Origin: Gammaproteobacteria bacterium
Lineage (GTDB): Bacteria; Pseudomonadota; Gammaproteobacteria; Arenicellales; JAANXG01
Assembly: GCA_024638505.1 (NCBI GenBank)
Contig: JAHEKE010000009.1
Span: 12,196-76,195, forward strand
Direction: 5' to 3'
DNA: 64,000 nucleotides
This document shows positions 12,320 through 22,731 of this stretch, piece by piece (position 1 is the stretch's first letter; the number at the start of each line of letters is the position of its first letter). The notes beneath the pieces were generated by a model. The model did no database searches and was not told the origin of the DNA. It was given only the letters and a program-made list of their open reading frames with translations. Position numbers and translations under genes: made by a program.

Positions 12320-15127
12320 TTAACGATCGACTGGAGACAACGCAGCGTTCACCAGTTGTTTTTGCTGCTTGGCGTGCGCGCTATAGTAACCTGCAGCAGA
12401 GGAGGGAGAGGCTTCCCGGCCGGCATAATGAATGGCCTGGTCTTCGCGCGTACAAGCCAATATATGATGTTGAATCTGGTACCAAGCACCCTGGTTGCGC
12501 GGTTCTTCCTGGCACCAAAAGACCTCTGTTGCTGCGCTGAAACGTCCTATTTCTGTTTTCAATATGGCGCGGGGAAATGGATACAGCTGTTCGACCCGAA
12601 TAATTGCAATATCTTGTGCTTTCTTTTTCTTTCTTGCCTCGTACAGATCGAAGTACACTTTTCCGCTACACAGCACAACCCGCTTTACTTTGTGCATATC
12701 GATAGGGTCTATCTCTGGAATGATCAGTTTAAACTTACCCGTCTCCAGGTCGGTAAGGGGTGACGTCGACAACTTGTGGCGTAACAGGCTCTTCGGCGTC
12801 ATTACGATAAGGGGTCGCTTGTATTTTTTGATAGCCTGTCGCCGCAGCAGGTGAAAAAATTGAGCCGGTGTCGTTGGCACGCATACCCGCTGATTATTGT
12901 CGGCGCTGAGCTGCATGTACCGCTCAATCCTGGCGGAGGAGTGTTCAGGCCCCTGACCTTCGTAGCCGTGTGGCAACAGCAGAGTTAAACCGCATAATCT
13001 TCCCCATTTGGTCTCGCCACTGGATATGAACTGGTCTATTACAACTTGCGCGCCGTTGGCAAAGTCACCAAATTGCGCCTCCCAGATGACCAGGGTACTC
13101 GGTTCCGCCGTGGCATAGCCGTACTCAAATGCCAGCACCGCTTCCTCCGACAGAAGCGAGTTAATCACGAGAAATCTTGGTTGAGCCTCGAACAGGTTTC
13201 TCAGCGGCACATACACCTCAAGACTTTTCTGGTCATGCAGGGTTGCGTGTCGATGAAAAAACGTTCCTCGTCCAGAGTCCTGCCCGGACATACGCACCGG
13301 ATAGCCATCGTTGATCAGAGTAGCGTAAGCGAGTGTTTCAGCCATTCCCCAATCGAGATTTTTCTCTTCGGCCAACATTCGCTGGCGATCCTGCATGATT
13401 TTTACCACCCGCGCATGCAGCTCGAAGCCATCCGGGGTTTTTTGCAGGCGATCCGCCAAATCCTTCAGGATCGCTTTCTTGACCCCGGTTTCTACCTCCT
13501 CATCACGCTTACCATTAACGTAAGGAGCCCAGTACACGGCGTATTCGTTTTCAACATCCTGCAGAACATCGCTGGCTACAACTCGTCCTTCGTCGAGCCG
13601 CTTGCGATAGTCAGTGACCATTTGCTCGGCCTGCGCCTGAGTCGCAATGTTTTCGTTAACCAGCTGTTCAGCATAGATCTGGCGTGTGGTCGGAATAGCG
13701 GATATGGCTCTGTACATCAAAGGCTGAGTAACCCGAGGCTCATCCGCTTCATTGTGTCCGTGTCGCCGGTAGCAAACGATATCAATGACGACATCTTTAC
13801 CAAACTCCATTCGGTAATCCAGGGCGAGCTGGGTGATGAACACAACAGCGTCCGGGTCGTCACCGTTGACGTGGAAAATAGGAGCTTGCACCATTTTAGC
13901 CACTTCTGTGCAGTACAGCGTAGAACGGGCATCCAGAGGATTACTGGTAGTGAATCCGATTTGGTTATTTATAATCACATGCACGGTACCACCGGTACCG
14001 TAACCCCGGGTTTTAGAAAGATTTAACGTTTCCATGACCACGCCCTGCCCGGCAAAAGCGGCGTCACCGTGAATCACCACCGGCAGAACAGTTTGCCCGA
14101 GACGGTCGCCGCGGCGCAGTTGTCTGGCTTTAACCGAACCCTCAACCACCGGCGACACAATTTCCAGGTGTGAAGGGTTGAAAGCGAGAGCAAGATGTAC
14201 CGAACCGCCGGGTGTCCGAATATCGGAGGAGAATCCCTGATGGTATTTAACGTCACCCGAAACGGTTAAGGCATCAGCTGAATCATGTTTACCTTCAAAT
14301 TCTGAAAACAGGTCCTCCGGAGACTTGCCCAGAATATTGACCAGTACGTTGAGTCGACCACGATGAGCCATTCCGATAACAAACTCTTTGACATTCTCTG
14401 CTCCACCGCGCTGAACGATTTCTTTTAGCAGCGGAATCAAGCTTTCCCCCCCTTCCAGGGAGAAGCGCTTCTGCCCGACGTACTTTGTATGCAGATATCT
14501 CTCGATTCCCTCCGCTGCCGTAAGGTGCTGCAGTATCTCCAGGCGCTTTTCAGCAGTATGCTGCGATGCCCAGTTACCCAGCAGAGGCTCAATGCGGGCC
14601 TGCAGCCAGCGCCTCTTCTTGGTATTGGTGATGTAGTAGTACTCAATGCCGACGGTGCCGCAGTATATTTTATGCAGCGCATCCACAAGTTCGCCTAACT
14701 GCATGCGTTCTTTTACAGCGAAGGACCCCGTATCGAACTCAAGCCCCATGTCCGCCTTGCTCAGCGAATGGTATTCGGGCTCTAAATCCGGCACCTCGTC
14801 ACGTGCATAGAAATTAAGCGGATCAATATTCGCTCGCTGATGGCCACGCACACGGTAAGCATTAATCAGCCGCAGAACAGCGGACTGCTTGGCTGCCCCT
14901 GACTCGGACATCGGAACCGAGACAGCGGCCTGGGTAACATCATCCGCATCGCCCGGTGCCGTCTGTTCAAGGGTTCTGAAGTAGGCGCGCCATTGTTCAT
15001 CCACCGAGGACGGATCACTCACGTATTGACGATAAATGCCCTCAAGATACGCGGCATTTGCGCCGTTGAGAGGGCTGTTGGGATCAGGAAACAGTTTTAA
15101 TGGGCCAATCATCGTAAACTTTGGCAT
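12320..15127 (-). CDS. sucA: 2-oxoglutarate dehydrogenase E1 component
   Basis: 935 aa, the typical E1o length. The N-terminus is of the ...GANAAYLEGIYRQY... type, a ThDP-binding region is present, and sucB follows immediately downstream. Confidence 0.93.
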   Translation of the reverse strand: MPKFTMIGPLKLFPDPNSPLNGANAAYLEGIYRQYVSDPSSVDEQWRAYFRTLEQTAPGDADDVTQAAVSVPMSESGAAKQSAVLRLINAYRVRGHQRANIDPLNFYARDEVPDLEPEYHSLSKADMGLEFDTGSFAVKERMQLGELVDALHKIYCGTVGIEYYYITNTKKRRWLQARIEPLLGNWASQHTAEKRLEILQHLTAAEGIERYLHTKYVGQKRFSLEGGESLIPLLKEIVQRGGAENVKEFVIGMAHRGRLNVLVNILGKSPEDLFSEFEGKHDSADALTVSGDVKYHQGFSSDIRTPGGSVHLALAFNPSHLEIVSPVVEGSVKARQLRRGDRLGQTVLPVVIHGDAAFAGQGVVMETLNLSKTRGYGTGGTVHVIINNQIGFTTSNPLDARSTLYCTEVAKMVQAPIFHVNGDDPDAVVFITQLALDYRMEFGKDVVIDIVCYRRHGHNEADEPRVTQPLMYRAISAIPTTRQIYAEQLVNENIATQAQAEQMVTDYRKRLDEGRVVASDVLQDVENEYAVYWAPYVNGKRDEEVETGVKKAILKDLADRLQKTPDGFELHARVVKIMQDRQRMLAEEKNLDWGMAETLAYATLINDGYPVRMSGQDSGRGTFFHRHATLHDQKSLEVYVPLRNLFEAQPRFLVINSLLSEEAVLAFEYGYATAEPSTLVIWEAQFGDFANGAQVVIDQFISSGETKWGRLCGLTLLLPHGYEGQGPEHSSARIERYMQLSADNNQRVCVPTTPAQFFHLLRRQAIKKYKRPLIVMTPKSLLRHKLSTSPLTDLETGKFKLIIPEIDPIDMHKVKRVVLCSGKVYFDLYEARKKKKAQDIAIIRVEQLYPFPRAILKTEIGRFSAATEVFWCQEEPRNQGAWYQIQHHILACTREDQAIHYAGREASPSSAAGYYSAHAKQQKQLVNAALSPVDR

Positions 15128-15275
15128 GCAGCCAGCTTATAATTAGTAAATCGTGCCCCCGGTTCGCCTACTCACCTTACCTGAATTATAGGTCTAAAGG
15201 TCGCAGCGCGGTACCCCATTTGCGCAGATTTGGCCACGGCGATCAGCGAGATGTGGGGTACGTCAAGCCGGGCGC

Positions 15276-16565
15276 CTAGCTTGATCTCGCTTCTAGCGGA
15301 ACAAATTCTCTTTTATCACTGCCAATATAGTCCTGGCGTGGGCGCGCAATCTTCTGCTCAGAATCCGTCACCTGTTCCATCCATTGTGCCACCCAACCAG
15401 CAGTCCTCGGTATGGCAAACAGAGCGGTGAAGATGCGGGTTGGAAACTCCATCGCTTCATAAATCAGGCCAGAGTAAAAATCGACGTTCGGGTATAATTT
15501 TCGCTGCACGAAGTATTCATCCTCCAGAGCGATGCGTTCGAGTTCCAGAGCGACATCGATAAGTGGATTTTTTCCAGTAACTTCAAACACTTGGTAAGCC
15601 GTTTGCTTTATGATTTTGGCTCTGGGGTCGTAATTTTTATACACTCGGTGACCGAATCCCATCAATCTCATCTCTCCCGATTTCACTCTTTTAATGTAAT
15701 CCGGTACCGCATTCACCGTCCCAATTTCATTGAGCATGCGCAACACTTCTTCGTTTGCGCCTCCGTGCAATGGACCGGACAGAGCAGCGGCAGCACCGGC
15801 CACGGCCACATAGGGATCGGCTTTGGTACTTCCGATGTTTCGCATTGTGTTCGTGCTGCAGTTCTGCTCGTGGTCTGCGTGCAGGATAAACAGCACATCT
15901 AGGGCATGCTCCAGCACTGGTTCGGGCTGGTAGCGGGGCTCGGACATGCGGTACATCATGTTCAGAAAGTTGCCGGTATAGGTCAAATTTGTATCCGGGT
16001 AAATGTAGGGGTAGCCCATGCTGTTGCGGTAGGTATAAGAAGCGATGGTTGTGATCTTCCCAATCAACCGGTAAACCTGAAGCATGCGTGTCTCGTAATC
16101 GTCTACGTTCTTTGAATCCGGATAAAACGTTGACAACGCGCTTACGGTGCTGATCAGCATGCCCATGGGATGAGCATCGTAGTGAAATCCCTCCATGAAT
16201 TTTTTCGTGTTTTCATGTAACGAGGTGTGGTGCATGACGTTGTGAACCCAGGATGTGAGCTGGGGTTTAGTCGGTAGGTCACCATGCACCAGCAGGTATG
16301 CTACCTCTAAGAATGTACTTTTTTCAGCCAGCTGTTCTATGGGGTAACCGCGATATCTGAGTATGCCCCGTTCGCCGTCGAGTTCAGTGATCGCACTTTT
16401 ACAGGACGCCGTGTTGTCAAAACCGGGGTCATAGGACATCAAGCCGAATTTGTCGGCACCGTCTCTGATTTGTCGTAAATCGCGGGCCCGGATCATGCCG
16501 TGATCCATCTCAACCTCGTAATTGTTACCGGTTCGGTTGTCGGTCACGGTCAGTGTCTCTGCCAT
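15276..16565 (-). CDS. gltA: Citrate synthase (type II, hexameric class)
   Basis: 429 aa with the signature GFGHRVYKNYDPRA and catalytic His residues in HADHEQN. Confidence 0.93.
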   Translation of the reverse strand: MAETLTVTDNRTGNNYEVEMDHGMIRARDLRQIRDGADKFGLMSYDPGFDNTASCKSAITELDGERGILRYRGYPIEQLAEKSTFLEVAYLLVHGDLPTKPQLTSWVHNVMHHTSLHENTKKFMEGFHYDAHPMGMLISTVSALSTFYPDSKNVDDYETRMLQVYRLIGKITTIASYTYRNSMGYPYIYPDTNLTYTGNFLNMMYRMSEPRYQPEPVLEHALDVLFILHADHEQNCSTNTMRNIGSTKADPYVAVAGAAAALSGPLHGGANEEVLRMLNEIGTVNAVPDYIKRVKSGEMRLMGFGHRVYKNYDPRAKIIKQTAYQVFEVTGKNPLIDVALELERIALEDEYFVQRKLYPNVDFYSGLIYEAMEFPTRIFTALFAIPRTAGWVAQWMEQVTDSEQKIARPRQDYIGSDKREFVPLEARSS

Positions 16566-16608
16566 TACTGATCCCTTTTATCGACTGTGGTGGAAATGCA
16601 ACCTGTTT

Positions 16609-17064
16609 TCACTGTCGCCCGGTGTGACCAAAACCTCCCTCACTGCGTTTGCTTTTCTCAAAATCATCTACAACAGCAAAGCTGATTCTGCGTACCGGGA
16701 TAAAAACCAGTTGCGCGATTCTATCTCCAGGTTCAATAACGATATTGTTCTTACTTCGATTCCATACTGACACCATGAGTTGGCCCTGATAATCGGAATC
16801 GATTAATCCCACCAGGTTGCCCAGAACTATCCCCTGCTTGTGTCCAAGCCCAGACCGCGGTAAAACAATCGCCGCCAGCTCTGGGTCGGCAATATGTATG
16901 GCGATACCGGTAGGGACGAGCTGTGCATCACCGGATTCGATACGGATGTGTTCATCGAGGCAGGCACGAAGATCCATTCCAGCCGAACCTTCTGTGGCGT
17001 ACTGCGGCAGGGGGTAGGTCTTACCTATGCGCTCGTCTAGAATCTTGAGCTGGACTTTTTGCAT
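16609..17064 (-). CDS. dut: dUTP diphosphatase
   Basis: 151 aa with motifs [15 protein letters not shown] and GLIDSDYQG. Its 5' end overlaps the 3' end of coaBC by 44 nt. Confidence 0.93.
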   Translation of the reverse strand: MQKVQLKILDERIGKTYPLPQYATEGSAGMDLRACLDEHIRIESGDAQLVPTGIAIHIADPELAAIVLPRSGLGHKQGIVLGNLVGLIDSDYQGQLMVSVWNRSKNNIVIEPGDRIAQLVFIPVRRISFAVVDDFEKSKRSEGGFGHTGRQ

Positions 17065-18244
17065 GGTATCTCTTGCTAATTTCTTGAATTAGGATGCGGG
17101 CGAGCTGTGGTTTGCTCATGGATGGAAGCGATCGCATTTCGCCTCGATCTATCAACAGCAGCGCATTGTCGTCTGCTGTAAAACCCTCTCCGTCGCCGAC
17201 TTTGTTTGCGGCAATGAGGTCTACTCCTTTTTTTTCCAGTTTTTCTCTGGCATGCTTTTCTATACTGCTGGTTTCGGCAGCGAATCCTACGGTAAAACAG
17301 TTATCCCGTTGGGCGACCGCAGACAGGATATCCGGGTTTTTGACCAGTTCTATAGTTAGCGTATCCCTGTGCTTTTTGATTTTTTCTTGTGCTGCCGATA
17401 CCGGCCGGTAGTCGGCAACGGCAGCAACGGCGATGAATATCTGTGCGTCGCCTACCTCAGACATTACCGCATCATACATGTTTTGTGCGGAGCACACGGA
17501 GACCAGGCGTACGTTTTCCGGTGGAGCAAGGCAGGTTGGTCCGGACACCAATACAACCTGAGCACCCGCTTCGGAAGCAGCCTCGGCAACAGCGTATCCC
17601 ATTTTGCCAGAACTGAGATTAGTAATGCCTCGGACTGGGTCAATAGCCTCCCATGTGGGGCCTGCGGTAACGACCACTTTGTCTCCCTCCAGCGCGCCGG
17701 AGGCAAACACCGCGAACACAGCATCGACTAATTCTGCAGGTTCAAGCATTCGACCAGGGCCGGTTTCACCGCACGCCTGGTCGCCAACGCCAGGGCCTAA
17801 AATACCGACGCCTCTATTTTTAAGGGTGGTGATGTTTTCCTGCGTTGCCGGGTCCTGCCACATCTGCTGATTCATCGCCGGCGCCAGCATAACCGGCGCC
17901 TCAGTTGCCAGACACAGAGTATTTAAGAGATCGTCCGCGCTGCCATGCGTCAAGCGGGCAATGAAATTTGCCGTAGCTGGCGCGACCAATACCACATCAG
18001 CCCATCTGGCCAGTTCAATGTGGCCCATACCTGCTTCCGCCGCCGGATCCAATAGACTGAGATGGACCGGCTGTCCACTCACCGCCTGCATGGTCAAGGC
18101 CGTAATAAACTGCTCTGCGTTAGCCGTCATTACAACTTTGACCTGGGCTCCGTGCTCGCGCAGGCGCCGCACCAGGTCGGCGCTTTTGTAGGCAGCGATG
18201 CCTCCGCTCACGCCTAATACTATATGTTTGTTCGATATCCCCAT
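17021..18244 (-). CDS. coaBC: Bifunctional phosphopantothenoylcysteine decarboxylase / phosphopantothenate-cysteine ligase
   Basis: 407 aa. The N-terminal flavoprotein domain carries [10 protein letters not shown] and PAMN. A C-terminal CoaB domain follows. It lies upstream of dut, as in many gammaproteobacteria. Confidence 0.92.
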   Translation of the reverse strand: MGISNKHIVLGVSGGIAAYKSADLVRRLREHGAQVKVVMTANAEQFITALTMQAVSGQPVHLSLLDPAAEAGMGHIELARWADVVLVAPATANFIARLTHGSADDLLNTLCLATEAPVMLAPAMNQQMWQDPATQENITTLKNRGVGILGPGVGDQACGETGPGRMLEPAELVDAVFAVFASGALEGDKVVVTAGPTWEAIDPVRGITNLSSGKMGYAVAEAASEAGAQVVLVSGPTCLAPPENVRLVSVCSAQNMYDAVMSEVGDAQIFIAVAAVADYRPVSAAQEKIKKHRDTLTIELVKNPDILSAVAQRDNCFTVGFAAETSSIEKHAREKLEKKGVDLIAANKVGDGEGFTADDNALLLIDRGEMRSLPSMSKPQLARILIQEISKRYHAKSPAQDSRRAHR

Positions 18245-18330
18245 ATAAGCTAGAGTTTAACCGGTTTTGATGGGGGTGTCGGCAAAGCCCCCACTGTACG
18301 GACTACGATGGTCATTAACAAGGAGGTTTT

Positions 18331-19005
18331 ATGTCAAGAATCGACCAGGTGTCGCCTGCGCGGCCGCATGAGAAACTGTTAGCACACGGACCAGAAACGT
18401 TAAGCGACGCCGAGATTCTGGCTATTTTAGTACGTACCGGATCTCGCGGTAGGAGCGCGATCGATGTCGCTAAGAATCTGTTACTCACCTATGGTGGCTT
18501 GCGTGCCTTGCTCAGCGCCGACCAGAACAGCATGTGCTCGCACCAGGGTTTTGGTACGGCGAAATATGTAACCCTGCGGGCCGCCTTGGAACTGGCCCAG
18601 CGATTTTTGGCGGAGAGGATGCGTTACGCAAACGCCTTGACCACGCCCCACGCTGCTCGTGCCTATTTGCGATCCAGGCTGCGCGATCTGCCATACGAAG
18701 CATTCTGCTGTCTTTACCTGGACACCAGGCACCGTCCTATTACTTTTGAGGAATTGTTCCACGGCACAATTGACGGCGCTGCGGTCTACCCGCGGGAGGT
18801 GGTAAGAACAGTGCTGGCTAACAACGCCGCCGCCGTTATTGTCGCCCATAATCACCCTTCCGGCGCGGCGGAACCAAGTGCGGCAGATCAGCGCCTGACG
18901 CAGAGATTGAAGGCTGCGCTGTCCCTTATAGATGTGCGACTGATCGATCACATTATAATCGGGGACACCGAAACCGTATCTTTCAGCGAACGTGGCTTAC
19001 TCTGA
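18331..19005 (+). CDS. radC: RadC-family JAMM-motif protein (UPF0758)
   Basis: 224 aa. It has an N-terminal HhH-like region (LSDAEILAILVRTG) and the C-terminal JAMM motif HNHPSG...PS..D. Confidence 0.9.
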   Translation: MSRIDQVSPARPHEKLLAHGPETLSDAEILAILVRTGSRGRSAIDVAKNLLLTYGGLRALLSADQNSMCSHQGFGTAKYVTLRAALELAQRFLAERMRYANALTTPHAARAYLRSRLRDLPYEAFCCLYLDTRHRPITFEELFHGTIDGAAVYPREVVRTVLANNAAAVIVAHNHPSGAAEPSAADQRLTQRLKAALSLIDVRLIDHIIIGDTETVSFSERGLL

Positions 19006-19182
19006 GCAAAACCGCGGATTGAGCTAGCCGACAGGATTGTTTGGTTGCGCATCGGCGTCGTCGTCCTGACCAGCCAGTCTCGGCGCATTCGGTGTTTCCC
19101 AGTATTCCATAATGCAATCAATTCTGGTATAACGCGCCCTCACTTGGTGCTCGGCCAGCGCATTAATTCGAGGCCTTAAAAC

Positions 19183-19419
19183 ATGTCTAAAGTTTGTCAA
19201 ATCACTGGAAAACATACGGTTCGCGGGAACAACGTATCCCACGCCCATAATAAAAATAAGCGCAGCTTCCAACCTAACTTGCATTATCGACGCTTTTGGG
19301 TGGAAAGTGAAAAAAGATGGGTTCGTCTTCGTATATCAACCAAGGGGCTGCGCATTATTGACAAGCTGGGTATAGACTCAGTGCTGTCGGATTTGCGGGC
19401 CCGTGGTCAGAACCTGTAA
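19183..19419 (+). CDS. rpmB: 50S ribosomal protein L28
   Basis: 78 aa, [33 protein letters not shown]..., the canonical L28 sequence. Confidence 0.95.
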   Translation: MSKVCQITGKHTVRGNNVSHAHNKNKRSFQPNLHYRRFWVESEKRWVRLRISTKGLRIIDKLGIDSVLSDLRARGQNL

Positions 19420-19434
19420 AGAGGGGGAAAACAA

Positions 19435-19590
19435 ATGCGAGACAAAATAAAGCTGGTGTCCTCCGCGGGTACCGGGCATTACTACACAACTACCAAGAAC
19501 AAACGAAATACGCCGGATAAATTTGAATTCAAGAAATACGATCCCGTCGTGCGCAAACACGTAATATATAAAGAAGCAAAAATCAAATAG
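19435..19590 (+). CDS. rpmG: 50S ribosomal protein L33
   Basis: This gene is not in the ORF track because it encodes fewer than 60 aa. Read directly, ATG at 19435 to TAG at 19588-19590 gives [51 protein letters not shown] (51 aa). A GGGGGA Shine-Dalgarno sequence lies upstream, and the gene starts 15 nt after rpmB. Confidence 0.93.
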   Translation: MRDKIKLVSSAGTGHYYTTTKNKRNTPDKFEFKKYDPVVRKHVIYKEAKIK

Positions 19591-19628
19591 ACGCGTTTTT
19601 TACGCTTTTCATTGTGTGACATTTCTTC

Positions 19629-19660
19629 GAAACCCTGGTTCGGTCCAGGGTTTTGCTTTT
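19629..19660 (+). terminator. Rho-independent terminator of rpmB-rpmG
   Basis: The stem is AAACCCTGG (19630-19638) paired with CCAGGGTTT (19645-19653), a perfect 9 bp, with a 6-nt loop. TGCTTTT follows. Confidence 0.75.
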
Positions 19661-19681
19661 ATGCTCCGACTTCCCGGTGAC

Positions 19682-20335
19682 ATGAGTATTCGGCATATAT
19701 ACCGCATCCTTAAAACGATGAGCGTCGGCGTGGTTTGGGGACTGCCCATGGCGCAACAGGGGCGGGATCCGCTCGATATTTTCGAGGATTGGTTTAAAAA
19801 CGCAGACAAATGCGGTCTGTTCCTTGCGGAAGCGGTAGCCCTGGCGACCAGCACGCCGGCCGGGCAACCTTCCGCACGCATGGTGCTGCTGAAAGGCTTC
19901 GATCAGAGAGGTTTCGTGTTTTTTACTAACTATGGAAGCCGTAAATCTGGTGAACTGGACGCAAACCCAAACGCCGCTTTGTTGTTCCACTGGGGGATCC
20001 TACAGCGTCAAATCAGAATTGAGGGCACGGTCGAACGGATCCCAACGGCCGAATCGGCGGCTTATTTCAACACCAGACCGCGCGCTAGCCGTATCGCTGC
20101 CTGGGCATCCCGGCAAAGCGAAGTTCTGCAGAACCGCGAGGAACTTGAGCGCAGGTACAAGACCAAGCTGGCAAAGTTTGCTCAAGGCGAGGTGCCGCTG
20201 CCTGATTTTTGGGGAGGATACCGCTTACAACCCGCTGCTATTGAGTTCTGGCAGGGTCGGGCTAACCGCATGCATGACCGCTTGCGTTTTCGCCGTAGTG
20301 ACGGAGGTTGGGTCGGTGAGTGGCTCTATCCGTGA
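19682..20335 (+). CDS. pdxH: Pyridoxamine 5'-phosphate oxidase
   Basis: PdxH motifs are present: ...RMVLLKGFDQRGFVFFTNYGSRK..., ...RQIRIEG..., FWGGYRLQPAAIEFWQGRANRMHDRLRF. The ORF-track start at 19616 would run through the rpmG terminator, so a later start is more likely. Candidates are 19661, 19682, 19718 and 19748. The start is uncertain; the stop is firm. Confidence 0.85.
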   Translation: MSIRHIYRILKTMSVGVVWGLPMAQQGRDPLDIFEDWFKNADKCGLFLAEAVALATSTPAGQPSARMVLLKGFDQRGFVFFTNYGSRKSGELDANPNAALLFHWGILQRQIRIEGTVERIPTAESAAYFNTRPRASRIAAWASRQSEVLQNREELERRYKTKLAKFAQGEVPLPDFWGGYRLQPAAIEFWQGRANRMHDRLRFRRSDGGWVGEWLYP

Positions 20336-20485
20336 GCGCTACCTAATGTTTTGTTAAATCTATATAATCGGGCAGCATGATGCGATTACGCGTGCTACGG
20401 TGCGCTGGCTGTGACATTGTTAATGCGAATACAGTAAAATCAGCGCACCTAAAAAACAAGAATATCTGCTAGGGAGTCTCACTGT

Positions 20486-21166
20486 TTGAAAAATCTACAC
20501 CGCCTTCGCCTTCAGCCTGACAAAAGGTTGGCTTTCTTACAGGGGTTTCTAAAATACCCACACCTCGTTGGCTCGGTAATCCCAAGTTCCAGATTTTTAG
20601 AAAGACGCCTGATCGGTGGTGCGGATATAAAAAAAGCAAAGCTGGTTGTTGAACTTGGTCCCGGCACCGGCGGCACAACTAGAGCGATAATGGGGGCGCT
20701 TCCCCGGCAATCGAAGCTTCTGGTAATAGAAATCAATCCACAGTTTGCGTCTTTGCTGAAGTCGGAATCGGATCCGCGCCTGAGTGTGTATTGCGGCAGC
20801 GCGGAGAACATAGGTGAAGCGCTAATCGACAACGATCTGCCGCAGCCGGATGTAGTGGTGTCAGGCATTCCGTTTTCGACTATGTCGCGGACTCTGGGTA
20901 AACGAATAATCCGCGCCGTATGGGAAAATCTGTCACCCGGCGGACGCTTCATCGCTTACCAGTTTCGTGACAAAGTGGCGATGTTGGGGCGAGAACTATT
21001 GGGTGAACCCAAAGTCGATGTCGAGTTTTTGAATGTTCCACCCATGCGCTTTTATCGCTGGGATAAACCAGCTGCAAAAGACGGCCAGGTGAAAAAGAAC
21101 GGCAAAAAACATGCTTACGGCAGCACCAGCAAAGATAGCGACACCTCTATTTCTGTGGCGCGATAG
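20486..21166 (+). CDS. Class I SAM-dependent methyltransferase, phospholipid N-methyltransferase-like (COG3963-type)
   Basis: 226 aa. The N-terminal ...FLQGFLKYPHLVGSVIPSSRFLERRL... leader and the SAM motif I VVELGPGTGGTT resemble Rhodobacter-type PmtA-like proteins. The only in-frame start is TTG. Confidence 0.65.
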   Translation: MKNLHRLRLQPDKRLAFLQGFLKYPHLVGSVIPSSRFLERRLIGGADIKKAKLVVELGPGTGGTTRAIMGALPRQSKLLVIEINPQFASLLKSESDPRLSVYCGSAENIGEALIDNDLPQPDVVVSGIPFSTMSRTLGKRIIRAVWENLSPGGRFIAYQFRDKVAMLGRELLGEPKVDVEFLNVPPMRFYRWDKPAAKDGQVKKNGKKHAYGSTSKDSDTSISVAR

Positions 21167-21245
21167 CGATATAAATAGGGGGAAGTAGTTTTACTGGCAC
21201 GGTTGGTTTCGTCCGGGAAGTGTGCCAAATAACTCAACGAGTGAG

Positions 21246-22064
21246 CTAAGTATAACAGTGCTCCGGCGCGGGAAAACGGCTTTGTTTTACTGCGCTGACG
21301 TAGCGGGCAATCGCTGCCTGTACCCCACCCTGTTCGTCCTTTAAGAAGTTCTTGACAAACTTTGCCGGGCGGCCCGGATATAGTCCAAGTAAGTCGTGCC
21401 AGACCATGATCTGGCCGTCCGTGTCTGGACCGGCACCGATTCCAATCACCGGCACCTCCAGCGCCTGCGTTATTTCTGCGCCGAGGGTCGTCGGTACACA
21501 CTCCAGTAAAATTATGCCGGCACCCGCATCCTGTAAAACCAGGGCCTCATCAATCATTTCCTGTGCCTGATCAGGATTGCGTCCCTGTACGCGATAACCG
21601 CCTAAATGGTTAACTGACTGAGGAGTCAGCCCCATATGCGCACAGACCGGAATACCGTGCTGTACCAGCAGCCTGGTGAAATCTGCGAGCCATCCCCCGC
21701 CTTCGAGCTTAACCATCTGCGCACCTTCGCGCATTAAAATAGCGCAATTTTCGAGCGTCTGATGGTCATTGTGGTAGCTCATGAACGGCATGTCGGCCAT
21801 GAGCAGGGAGCCTTGGTTCCCGCGTTTTACGCAGCGCATATGATAAGCAACATCCTCCACCGTTACCGGTAAACTGGAATCGTGGCCTTGGATCACCATA
21901 CCAAGAGAATCACCAACCAGTATTACCTCTACCCCGTTTGCGCTGACGCTGTATGCCGAGCAGTAATCGTAGGCAGTGAGGCAGGTAAACTTCTCACCTT
22001 CCCGCTTCATTTTCTGTAGCGTATTAATAGTAACGGGTGACTTTGGGTGTTTCTGTACCGACAT
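21246..22064 (-). CDS. panB: 3-methyl-2-oxobutanoate hydroxymethyltransferase
   Basis: 272 aa with ...FTCLTAYDY..., ILVGDSLGMV, ...VKLEGG... and the typical PanB length. Confidence 0.92.
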   Translation of the reverse strand: MSVQKHPKSPVTINTLQKMKREGEKFTCLTAYDYCSAYSVSANGVEVILVGDSLGMVIQGHDSSLPVTVEDVAYHMRCVKRGNQGSLLMADMPFMSYHNDHQTLENCAILMREGAQMVKLEGGGWLADFTRLLVQHGIPVCAHMGLTPQSVNHLGGYRVQGRNPDQAQEMIDEALVLQDAGAGIILLECVPTTLGAEITQALEVPVIGIGAGPDTDGQIMVWHDLLGLYPGRPAKFVKNFLKDEQGGVQAAIARYVSAVKQSRFPAPEHCYT

Positions 22065-22109
22065 GGCCCGTGTTCAGCAGCGTGATGGTTTTGGATGTTT
22101 TGCGCTATT

Positions 22110-22631
22110 TTAGCGCGATTCTCCCCGAATGCGCGGCAACAGCTCGGTCAAGTTGCACGGGCGGGTACGGATATCAATTTGTTTGATTATGATTTTATCC
22201 ATGGCAGTGCGGCATGCCCCCGGAGACCCCGGTAAAACAAACATTAGGGTTCCGTTGGCTACACCGGCACAGGCGCGAGATTCTATGGTAGATGAATCAA
22301 TCTCCTCATAGGAGAGCATGCGGAACAGCTCACCAAACCCAGGTATCTGTTTATCAAAAAAGGTCTGCGCGGCCTCCGGAGTAACGTCTCTCTTTGTCAG
22401 GCCTGTTCCTCCGGTGGAAACGATCAAATCTATATCCGGGTCATGTACAAATTCGCGAAAATCAGAACTTAACGCAGCCAGTTCGTCCAGTTGAATCTTC
22501 CGCTGTACGATGCGGTGGCCTGCCTGTTCTAGGCGTTCGACAATCAGATCTCCGGATCTGTCGGTCTCCGGAGTGCGGGTATCGGATACGGTAAGTACAG
22601 CAGTGTTCAGGGCGACAAATTCAGGCGTCAT
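22110..22631 (-). CDS. moaB: Molybdenum cofactor biosynthesis protein B (MogA/MoaB family)
   Basis: 173 aa with ...LTVSDTR..., STGGTGLTKRDVTPEA and LPGSPGA. Confidence 0.88.
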   Translation of the reverse strand: MTPEFVALNTAVLTVSDTRTPETDRSGDLIVERLEQAGHRIVQRKIQLDELAALSSDFREFVHDPDIDLIVSTGGTGLTKRDVTPEAAQTFFDKQIPGFGELFRMLSYEEIDSSTIESRACAGVANGTLMFVLPGSPGACRTAMDKIIIKQIDIRTRPCNLTELLPRIRGESR

Positions 22632-22731
22632 AGTGCGTGGTAATTCCGCTGCTTTTGAGTGTTACAGAATTATACAACGTAACAACGATGATGGTGTGAG
22701 CATTAAAGCGCACCTGGTGCAGTGCGGCTGG

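Noticed and set aside
13046-14026. 326-aa ORF on the plus strand
   Set aside because: It lies entirely antisense to sucA, whose product has unambiguous E1o similarity. It is a shadow ORF typical of GC-rich coding DNA and has no recognisable motif.
19616-19681. Long N-terminal extension of pdxH
   Set aside because: It would be translated through the strong rpmBG terminator hairpin at 19629-19660. The PdxH alignment starts further downstream.
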